Source: Sedimentisphaerales bacterium (GTDB lineage Bacteria; Planctomycetota; Phycisphaerae; Sedimentisphaerales; Anaerobacaceae). From it: 64,000 nucleotides of DNA. How positions within the stretch are numbered: position 1 is the first letter of the stretch; each line of letters opens with the position of its first letter. The translations under genes were made by a program, and so were the position numbers. Below the pieces are notes generated by a model that saw only the letters and a list, made by a program, of their open reading frames with translations, ran no database searches and was not told the DNA's origin. The stretch covers positions 960,001-1,024,000 of the forward strand of contig OY970194.1 in NCBI GenBank assembly GCA_963708075.1. The letters run 5' to 3'. Positions 9,948-17,804 of the stretch are shown here, piece after piece.

Positions 9948-10225
9948 AGGTCGATCATCCAGCCACACGGCCGAACTCGTGGTATTGTAGTGGGGCCCCG
10001 CGGCTTTGCCACTCTTTTTTGGGTTTTTTGCGCTGGGGGGTGTCCGTGCAGGTCCTTGGACGCTGTACCACCCGACTACCAGACCGTTTTCACAGACATG
10101 CGTCGGGTGTGTGCGACTGTGCTCCACCCATGGGCATCAACGACCGTGAGAAGCCGCGCGCAGCGTCAGGTCGGCAAGGAGAGTGCTTTCAATGATGTGA
10201 GAAGTAGTCGGCCGGGAGGCACCGC

Positions 10226-10381
10226 CTAGCGGCCGCAAGTCGGTGAGGCGAGGCGTTTCTGTTCCTCGCTTGATTGGTCGACCTTGGCTATGATCTGTCT
10301 CGTCTTCCAGTGCCCAAGAAGGGCGCCAACCAGCAACAGCAGGACTAAGGCTATCTCTTCCACTTGCGGTATTTGTCCCAT
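10226..10381 (-). CDS. Putative 51-aa small membrane protein (not in ORF track)
   Basis: GGAG RBS then ATG; translates MGQIPQVEEIALVLLLLVGALLGHWKTRQIIAKVDQSSEEQKRLASPTCGR with one hydrophobic helix. Confidence 0.4.
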   Translation of the reverse strand: MGQIPQVEEIALVLLLLVGALLGHWKTRQIIAKVDQSSEEQKRLASPTCGR

Positions 10382-10459
10382 GATGCGTCTCCATGATGTT
10401 CCGGGCCGGAGCCTGCCTTCACAAAGGCGGGGATGCCCATGCGGTGATGGATCTCGTTC

Positions 10460-11251
10460 TCAGGATTCCTCGGGCGTCCGGCCACGGGTCCTCTTGCCTG
10501 GACTGCGACCGGTCTTGACGGGGATGGCCGTGGATTGCGGAGGCATGCCGAGGAGCAGGGTGTTGCCGGAGGAAGCGCCGACGGCCTGCAGGAGGCGAAG
10601 CTGCATCAGGCTCGGATTGGATTCCACCATTTGGGCGGCATTGGCCAGGTTGCGCAGGGCCGCCGTCTCGCCCCGGGCCTTCTCCAGGGCGGCCAGGCCC
10701 TCCTTGCGGGCGCTGACGACCTGGGCAAACATCTCCTTGAGCTTGCCGGGGAACATGATGTCCTTGATGCTCACGGCGATCAGCCGCAGCCCAAGCTCCC
10801 GGGCCCGGGCCTCGGTCATCTCCAGGAGTTTCTTGGAGATGCTGTCCCTTGTGGCCAGCAGAGAGTCGATGTCGGCGGCGCCGATGATCTGCCGCAGGGC
10901 GAGTTGCAGCTCGGTGTACAGAGTCTCCTGGTAGTCCTGGACCTTGTTGATGGCGGTCTCAGGGTCTGCGACCTCGTAGTTGGCGGCGAGGCTCACTTTC
11001 AATGTCACGCCGTCGGAACTGAGGACCTCCTGTCCGGCGATGGGCACGAATCGCGGCCGCACATCCACCTTGCGGACCGCCGTGAACCACGGCAAGTACC
11101 AGTACTGGCCCGGCGGCACAACGGCGTTGAACCGGCCCCGGACGTACTTCAGGCACCGCTCGAACTCATACACTGTCACCCGCCGCACTCCGTACTTCAC
11201 GACGATGACGGCGGTGCCTGCCACCACGATTGCCGCAATCACATACTCCAT
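10460..11251 (-). CDS. SPFH/band 7 (slipin-type) protein
   Basis: Start at MEYVIAAIVV (11251); N-terminal TM; GQEVLSSDGVTLKVS, IKDIMFPG, ARGETAALRNLANAA, NPSLMQLRLLQ. Confidence 0.88.
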   Translation of the reverse strand: MEYVIAAIVVAGTAVIVVKYGVRRVTVYEFERCLKYVRGRFNAVVPPGQYWYLPWFTAVRKVDVRPRFVPIAGQEVLSSDGVTLKVSLAANYEVADPETAINKVQDYQETLYTELQLALRQIIGAADIDSLLATRDSISKKLLEMTEARARELGLRLIAVSIKDIMFPGKLKEMFAQVVSARKEGLAALEKARGETAALRNLANAAQMVESNPSLMQLRLLQAVGASSGNTLLLGMPPQSTAIPVKTGRSPGKRTRGRTPEES

Positions 11252-11272
11252 TCGAGACCTCGCAATAATGTC

Positions 11273-11450
11273 CCGTCTCAAAGAACCCCGGGCGGACGGC
11301 GGAGGTCTGAGCCTGCATGGCCACCGACCCGGTGCGATGACGCCGGTCCTTTGAGACGGAACGGCTGGGAGTTGAACCCATGTGCTCGCGCACACCAAAG
11401 GGAGCTTGCTACGTGCGGAACCAGAGCGACGATGCCGCCTCGGCCGCTTC
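11273..11450 (-). ncRNA. Putative structured RNA with tRNA T-arm-like motif upstream of the SPFH gene
   Basis: Minus strand carries TGGGTTCAACTCCCA (T-arm-like, about 11366-11380) and a 15-bp stem (11273-11287 with 11345-11359) whose only mismatch is a G-U pair on the minus strand. Confidence 0.45.
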
Positions 11451-11652
11451 GGACCCCTGGACAAAATATACGGAATCACTGGCCGGATGCAAATGGATGG
11501 AGCGCCGGCCGCCGTGCCGTCATCCTTTATCGGGCTAAGCAATCGGTCTTGGCCGATTAGGCACAAAACCGATTGGGTGAGTGCAGGCGATGCCGTACAC
11601 CTGTTTCTACATGGATTTTTGTGTGGATTCACTCTCCAGGAAAGGAAGTGTT

Positions 11653-12879
11653 ATGGCTTTTAACCCATTGAAGGAAAAAGGAATCCCGATTGAGAAGCAG
11701 GTGAAGAACTGGGACGAGTTGAATGTCGAGCCCTACGACAAGAACGAGGTGCACCCGTATACGCGGACCCGGATCATCCTGATGAACGGCATCGAGGTGG
11801 AAGCGGCGATGTTCGGCCATCAGTTCACCCGCCACACGGATGACTACGCACTGAAGCAGAGGCTGGCCCTGACTCGCCGGATCGAGCAGCAGCAGCAGAA
11901 ACTGGTGAACTGGCTCATCCCCGCCGACGAGTCCACCCTGGAAGTGACGATCGGTTACGAGCAGGTGGCGGTGGATCTGACGGCGTGGCTGGCCCGCACC
12001 GAGCCGGACCGCAACGTCAAGAGCGCGCTTGATTTCGCCCTGATCGAGGACTTCGACCACCTGTACCGCTACTCCAACCTGATGGGGATGATGGACGGCA
12101 AGGACCCGGCCCGCGTCGTCGGCGAGTTGACGGAGATTTTCCCCGGCCGGCCGACCGTCGCCGAGCATCGTCACCCGTTCGACTCCATCCGCAACCACTA
12201 CAACAAGGACAAGGCGGACATCCTGACCAAGCTGCACGTCCTGACGATTGTCGCCGGTGAGCAGCAGACGATGAACTTCTACATGAACGTCGGCAATCGC
12301 TTCGACACGGCCGTAGCGCGAGGCCTGTACCAGGAGATTGCCCAGATCGAGGAGCAGCATGTCTCGCACTACGAGTCACTGGCCGACCCGCGGGAAACTT
12401 GGTTCGAGCGGCTCCTGTTGCACGAGTACAACGAGTGCTATCTCTACTACTCCTATACGCTGGACGAGCCGGATACGCGGATTCTGAAATTCTGGCAGGA
12501 TCAGCTCGCCTGTGAGATCGAGCATCTGCACATCGCGGCCGAGCTACTCCAGCAGTATGAGGGGCGGGATGCCGAAAGCCTCCTGCCGTCACGGCTCCCA
12601 ACCTTGACCAAGTTCGTCTCGAACAAGGACTATGTGCGGGACATTATCGCCTCGCAGATCGACCTGACGGCCGACGGCAACATGTACAGGCCGGTGAGCG
12701 ATCTGCCCAGTTCGGCCAACTACTTTACCTGGCAGCAGCGAGTCAACGTGGACGGTTCGGCTCCCAGCCAACGGGTCATCGACCAGCATATCGACCGCTA
12801 CGGCCGGGATTACCGGCTCGAAACGGAAGGGCCCCATCCCATCGATGAGCTGCGCGCCCGCGAGATGGCCAAAGCCTGA
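11653..12879 (+). CDS. Ferritin-like (diiron-carboxylate) superfamily protein, probably two tandem four-helix bundles
   Basis: AGGAAG RBS, ATG 11653; acidic/His motifs IEDFDH, IEEQH, CEIEH; GC3-rich codon pattern. Confidence 0.6.
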   Translation: MAFNPLKEKGIPIEKQVKNWDELNVEPYDKNEVHPYTRTRIILMNGIEVEAAMFGHQFTRHTDDYALKQRLALTRRIEQQQQKLVNWLIPADESTLEVTIGYEQVAVDLTAWLARTEPDRNVKSALDFALIEDFDHLYRYSNLMGMMDGKDPARVVGELTEIFPGRPTVAEHRHPFDSIRNHYNKDKADILTKLHVLTIVAGEQQTMNFYMNVGNRFDTAVARGLYQEIAQIEEQHVSHYESLADPRETWFERLLLHEYNECYLYYSYTLDEPDTRILKFWQDQLACEIEHLHIAAELLQQYEGRDAESLLPSRLPTLTKFVSNKDYVRDIIASQIDLTADGNMYRPVSDLPSSANYFTWQQRVNVDGSAPSQRVIDQHIDRYGRDYRLETEGPHPIDELRAREMAKA

Positions 12880-12917
12880 TCGCCCGACCCAACTTCTGCG
12901 GACCAGAAGAAGCCATT

Positions 12918-13004
12918 GGGTGGCAGCGTCAAGGCCGAAGGCCTTGGCGATGGTTGCATGCATCCCAAAAGGCCATCGCCAAGCTGCGCTTGACGCTGCC
13001 ACCC
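12918..13004. repeat. Nested palindromic (REP-like) element
   Basis: 16-bp perfect IR GGGTGGCAGCGTCAAG/CTTGACGCTGCCACCC enclosing an 11-bp IR CTTGGCGATGG/CCATCGCCAAG. Confidence 0.7.
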
Positions 13005-13085
13005 GGCACGCTTGGCGTCAGTTGAGATCGGTGGGCCCCGGCCTCCGGCAGGAAAGATAAATGTGCCTTGCGTGCACATTCTGCC

Positions 13086-14308
13086 CAGGGCTATCGCATC
13101 TAAATGCCAAGGACCTTAAGCAGGTAGTCTTGGTCCCAGCCGGCTCGGAGGCGTTTGGCGGCGATGCCGCCCTTGGCCGTCTTCTCCTGCTTGAGCAGCA
13201 TCAGGGCGATTCGACGCAATCGCGAGAAGTTCTCGGCGGCGTTGGCCACTCGGACTCGACTGGCGTCCTCATGGAAACTCACGTCCAGCGACCAGTGCAA
13301 CTGGACCTCCACGGACCAGTGATGGCGAATCAATGTCCCCAGACGCTGGGCACAGTGTCCCGGATGGGAGCTGATGAAGTAGTGTCGCTTTCGTTCGCAC
13401 TGGCCGTTGACCTGACGCTCTCGCTCGATGGCCGTGAGGCTGCCCAGACCCGGCCAGTCGTGACGCCCTTGCAGCCATCCCACATCGCTGGTAGTCCACA
13501 CCCGGCGGGTTTCCAGTCGTCCATGGCCTTTTTCCACGGTTTCCCAGAAGTCCTGCTCGCCGGCAAACCCGTGGGCGATGCCGTCCTCCATGTACATCCG
13601 GGCATCCTCGTACAGAGTCCCTTGGTTAGCCTTGAGGGCCAGCACATAGTCGCCGCCCTGATCGACGATCTGCTCGGCGATCTCCTTTTGACAACCCATG
13701 GCGTCAATCGTGATGGTTGCCTCCTCCACGTCGAGCAGCTTGAGCAACTCCGGGATCGCGGTGATCTCATTGCTCTTGGCATCGACCGCCCGTTGGCCGA
13801 AAGCCACGCAGTTCTCGTGGACCCAGGCACTGACCATGTGCAACGGGCCTTTGGCACGGACCCGATCAAAGCTGTTTCGCAGGGTCTTGCCGTCGATGGC
13901 GATGTGCTTGCCCCGGCTGCTGCCGGCCAGATCCGCCACAAACGCCTGCATGACCGCTTCAAACGCATCCGGGTCCAGGGCGGCAAAGACCCGACCAAAG
14001 GTATCATGCGATGGAATGCCATTGGGCAGGTCCAGAAACGTGCCAAACCATTCCTCGTTGACGTTGCCGAACATCTCTACGTCCGTCCAGTGCTCAGCCC
14101 CGCAGATCACGGCACAGACGCCAATGACCAGAATATCCTGTAATTCATGCCGTTTCGTCCGCTCCACGCGAGGATCAGGAACCGCGGCAAAATGATCCCA
14201 AATCGATTTCTTCATCAAAAACGTATTCCTCTCTACTTGAAGTGTCTTGCTTCTGAGAAGAATACGAAACCATGCCTGCAAAGGCTCAATTTAGATGCGA
14301 TAGCCCTA
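13086..14308 (-). mobile_element. ISAs1-family insertion sequence, copy 1 (1223 bp)
   Basis: Terminal IRs (C/T)AGGGCTATCGCATCTAAAT; 10-bp target duplication ACATTCTGCC at 13076-13085 and 14309-14318. Confidence 0.95.
13100..14215 (-). CDS. ISAs1-family transposase
   Basis: [64 protein letters not shown]. Confidence 0.96.
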   Translation of the reverse strand: MKKSIWDHFAAVPDPRVERTKRHELQDILVIGVCAVICGAEHWTDVEMFGNVNEEWFGTFLDLPNGIPSHDTFGRVFAALDPDAFEAVMQAFVADLAGSSRGKHIAIDGKTLRNSFDRVRAKGPLHMVSAWVHENCVAFGQRAVDAKSNEITAIPELLKLLDVEEATITIDAMGCQKEIAEQIVDQGGDYVLALKANQGTLYEDARMYMEDGIAHGFAGEQDFWETVEKGHGRLETRRVWTTSDVGWLQGRHDWPGLGSLTAIERERQVNGQCERKRHYFISSHPGHCAQRLGTLIRHHWSVEVQLHWSLDVSFHEDASRVRVANAAENFSRLRRIALMLLKQEKTAKGGIAAKRLRAGWDQDYLLKVLGI

Positions 14309-14327
14309 ACATTCTGCCAGTTTCATC

Positions 14328-14355
14328 TTGCAAAGGCAGTCTAAGCCACTATAAT
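14328..14355 (+). promoter_or_regulatory. Sigma70-type promoter for ffh
   Basis: TTGCAA-N16-TATAAT about 75 nt upstream of the ffh start. Confidence 0.6.
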
Positions 14356-14429
14356 GAACCAGCCATGGGTGTACCGTCGTATATTCTGCGCGGATTACCC
14401 TATTTGCTCAGCGTGCTGAGAGGATTTCA

Positions 14430-15862
14430 GTGTTTGAGTCTTTGACGGAAAAATTCAACTCAGTTTTCCGGTCGCTGTCCGGCCGGGGGCGAATCACCGA
14501 GGCGAACGTTTCGGACGCCATGCACGACGTGCGCAAGGCGCTGCTGGAGGCCGACGTCAACTACAACGTCGTCAAGCAGTTCTGCAAAGACGTGCGCGAC
14601 GCCGCCCTTGGGGCCGAGGTGATCAAAAGCCTGCACCCGGGCCAGATGATGATCAAGATCGTCAACGACGAGTTGGTCAAGCTGATGGGCCCGGTGGACA
14701 CGCGGGTGTACTTCGTCTCGCCCGGCCCGACGATCATCCTGCTGGCCGGTCTGCAGGGCTGCGGCAAGACGACTACCGCCGCCAAGCTCGGCAAGTACCT
14801 CGTGTCCAAGGGCCGCCATCCGGTACTGGTCGCCGACGACCTGCAGCGACCTGCCGCCATCGAGCAGTTGAAGATCCTTGGCGAGCAGACGGGCATCCCG
14901 GTGTACGGCGATGAGACCACCAAGGACGCCGTCAAGGTGGCGAAGGACGGGGTCAAGTACGCGAAGGAGCACGGCCAGGACGTGGTCGTGATCGATACCG
15001 CCGGCCGGCTGCATATCGACGAGGAGATGATGGCCCAGGTGGCCGATGTCGCCAAGGCGGTCATGCCGCACCAGATCTACCTGGTTTGTGACGCCATGAC
15101 CGGCCAGGACGCCGTCAACTCCGCCAAGGAGTTCAACGAGCGCCTCGAGCTCGACGGCATCATCCTCACCAAGCTCGACGGCGACGCCCGTGGCGGCGCC
15201 GCCCTGAGCGTCAAGGCCGTCACCGGCAAGCCCATCAAGTTCATCGGCGTCGGCGAGAAGCTCGACAAGCTCGATGAATTTCACCCCGACCGCATGGCCT
15301 CGCGAATCCTCGGCATGGGCGACGTCGTGACGCTCGTCGAGAGGGCCCAGGAGCAGTTCGACCAGGAAGAGGCCGTCAAGCTGCAACAGAAGATGGCTAA
15401 GGGCAGCTTTGGCTTCGATGACTTCCTCAAGCAGATGCAGGCGGTCAAGAAGATGGGCGGGCTCAAGGACGTGCTCAAGCTCGTGCCCGGCATCGGCAGC
15501 CAGATCCCCGACGCCGACCTCGACGGCCAGGAGCTCAAGCAGATGGAGGCCATCGTGTACTCGATGACCCTGAAGGAGCGGCGAGATCCCGACCTGATCG
15601 ATTCCTCCCGTCGGCGGCGCATCGCCACGGGCGCCGGGCGCAGCCCAATGATGTCTCCAGCCTGGTCAAGACGTTCAAGCGCAGCCGGGACATGATGAAG
15701 GCCATCAGCGGCGGCAGCTTCGGCGGGCTCAAGTCCCTCTTCTCCGGCGGCTTCAACATGGACGCGATGAACGCCGCCATGACCCGGGGCCGAAAGATCA
15801 AGCAGCGATCCAAGCGCAAGCGCGTCATCAAACGCCATGGCAAGATCAAGAAGAGGCAATAA
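14430..15862 (+). CDS. ffh: Signal recognition particle protein Ffh (frameshift near 15645, probable sequence error)
   Basis: GLQGCGKTTT, DTAGR, TKLDGDARGG and M domain. Adding one C to AGCCCAAT restores SPNDVSSLVKTFKRSRDMMK...KIKKRQ with stop at 15860-15862. Confidence 0.95.
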
Positions 15863-16023
15863 TGGAAGATGCATCTGACGACGCGGGAGGGCCAGAAAAG
15901 CGGACCACAGAGCTGGCAGGTTTGGAGCGTCGCATCGCCATGCACCCGCGGACGGCCGGGGTTTGCGTGTCATTTCTCGTGCCCCAGAATGGTTTTCACC
16001 GACCCAGAGTCACCAGAGCCGGG

Positions 16024-16374
16024 ATGGCTATGAACATGGATGAGCAAGCCTTGACGACAAAAGGAAAAATATCTGTTGAAGAGTATCTGGAAGAAGTTGC
16101 CCTGTTCTGCAACAGTGAGTATGGTAGTAACGTTCGCGGCCGGTTCCAGGACTTACGAGGGACGAGCGAACTGGCCATGCTGGCGGCCCCGACGTCGCGG
16201 GAGCTGGAGGAGTTGCGGCGGGCCGTCGCCATTATGACGCCAAGTGAGAAGAACGCCGCCGACCGGCTCTCGGATGAACAGATCGAGAAGATTGCCGTAG
16301 ATGCACGAATCGATCCGGCCAACTTCGCGATCTTCATGAACGGATATGCACTACTGTGTAAACGTGTTTCGTGA
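16024..16374 (+). CDS. Hypothetical protein resembling a stand-alone Ffh/SRP54 M domain
   Basis: Manual alignment to the upstream Ffh M domain (see findings); start could be 16024, 16030 or 16036. Confidence 0.65.
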   Translation: MAMNMDEQALTTKGKISVEEYLEEVALFCNSEYGSNVRGRFQDLRGTSELAMLAAPTSRELEELRRAVAIMTPSEKNAADRLSDEQIEKIAVDARIDPANFAIFMNGYALLCKRVS

Positions 16375-16386
16375 TCCGTAATAGAC

Positions 16387-16622
16387 GTGGAGTTCTGCAA
16401 AATGGAAGTTAGGCTTGCTTTAGGAAGGAAAAATCGTCTTTTTGATTTTTCCTTCCTAAAGCGAACAGAAAGGTGTGCGGTGCACATTCTGCATAGATTA
16501 TTCGACGCGTTTGAGAGCATGCAGGCTGTGCAATGCATACGACAAGGCCGATTATTCAAGGAAACCGCAAAGCTGATTTCCTTGAATAATATAAGCCTAA
16601 CTTCCATTTTGCAGAACTCCAC
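16387..16622. mobile_element. MITE-like element with 30-bp perfect terminal inverted repeats
   Basis: GTGGAGTTCTGCAAAATGGAAGTTAGGCTT (16387-16416) and its exact reverse complement (16593-16622); AT-rich interior; no transposase. Confidence 0.7.
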
Positions 16623-16666
16623 CCCGATCACGAGTATTCATCATACGCATTGAAGAAAGGAACGAA

Positions 16667-17086
16667 ATGGCAGTAAAACTCAGGCTCGCGCGGATGGGGC
16701 GACGACACCGTCCATTTTTCCGAATCAACGCGGTGGACTCACGCACCCCCCGCGACGGCAAGATCATCGAGAGGCTCGGTCACTTTGATCCGCTCGAGAA
16801 GGACGTCACCAAGCAGATCGTTCTGAAGCGGGACCGGATCGAGTACTGGCTCGGGCAGGGGGCCGTCCCCTCCGACACGGTGTCCGAGATCCTGCTTCGC
16901 AACGGCATCAAGCATAAATATGCCGAGGAGAAAGCGGTGCGCCAGGCGCAGGCCCGGAAACTCGCTCACGCCAGGGGCAAGCTGTTCACGGCCACCGAGC
17001 GAATCGCCGCGGAGAAACAAAAGGCCAAGGAAGCCGAAGCGACAGGCAAGGCGGCCGAGGCCAAGCCGGAGGGCACCGGCGCTTAA
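16667..17086 (+). CDS. rpsP: 30S ribosomal protein S16 with C-terminal extension
   Basis: MAVKLRLARMGRRHRPFFRI..DSRTPRDGKIIE.LG..DP; WLGQGAVPSDTV. Confidence 0.96.
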   Translation: MAVKLRLARMGRRHRPFFRINAVDSRTPRDGKIIERLGHFDPLEKDVTKQIVLKRDRIEYWLGQGAVPSDTVSEILLRNGIKHKYAEEKAVRQAQARKLAHARGKLFTATERIAAEKQKAKEAEATGKAAEAKPEGTGA

Positions 17087-17096
17087 TTGAATACGT

Positions 17097-17801
17097 GTGA
17101 TGCGGATCGATATCCTCACACTGTTTCCGGAGATGTTCGCATCTCCCTTGAACTACTCGATTCTCAAACGAGCGCAGGAGCAGGGGCTGGTCGCTGTCGC
17201 GCTCACGAATATTCGTGATTTTGCGACCGACAAATACCGGAAAGTGGACGACAAGCCGTACGGCGGGGGCCCGGGCATGGTCATGATGCCGGGCCCCGTC
17301 TTCGATTGCTTCGAGTACGTCGAACGGCTCGATCCCTGCCATGGCCGCGTCCTTTTGCTGACCCCGCAGGGCGGTCGCTTCACGCAGGCCAAGGCCCGGG
17401 AGCTGTCGCAGGAGCCGCGGCTGATCCTGATCGCCGGGAGATACGAGGGGTTCGACGAACGGATCCGGACCGGCCTGGGGGCCGAGCCCATCTCCATTGG
17501 TGACTACATATTGAATGGGGGCGAGTTGGCCGCCATGGTCATCGTGGACGCGGTGGTTCGGCTGCTTCCCGGGGCGCTGGGCGACGAGGATTCCGCAAAG
17601 GAGGATTCTTTCAGCGAAGCTCTTCTGGAGTACCCACAGTACACGCGTCCGGAGGTGTTCCGCGGCATGAAGGTCCCGGAGGTCCTTCTGTCCGGGGATC
17701 ACGCCAAGATCGCTCAATGGCGCCGGCGACAAGCTCTCGAACGCACGCAGCAATGGCGCCCCGATTTACTGGAAGCAAGCGATCACGAACGGGAGAATTA
17801 G
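17097..17801 (+). CDS. trmD: tRNA (guanine37-N1)-methyltransferase
   Basis: [53 protein letters not shown]. Confidence 0.97.
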   Translation: MMRIDILTLFPEMFASPLNYSILKRAQEQGLVAVALTNIRDFATDKYRKVDDKPYGGGPGMVMMPGPVFDCFEYVERLDPCHGRVLLLTPQGGRFTQAKARELSQEPRLILIAGRYEGFDERIRTGLGAEPISIGDYILNGGELAAMVIVDAVVRLLPGALGDEDSAKEDSFSEALLEYPQYTRPEVFRGMKVPEVLLSGDHAKIAQWRRRQALERTQQWRPDLLEASDHEREN

Positions 17802-17804
17802 AGC

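Noticed and set aside
11350..11450. Functional tRNA gene
   Set aside because: Only a T-arm and partial acceptor pairing; no convincing D arm, anticodon arm or CCA. Kept as tRNA-like only.
15863..16023. SRP (4.5S) RNA gene next to ffh
   Set aside because: The conserved CAGG..GGAA..AGCAGC domain IV motif is not present.
16387..16653. ORFs 16387-16653 (+) and 15996-16631 (-)
   Set aside because: They arise from the inverted repeats of the MITE-like element; both read EFCKMEVRL from the same IR.
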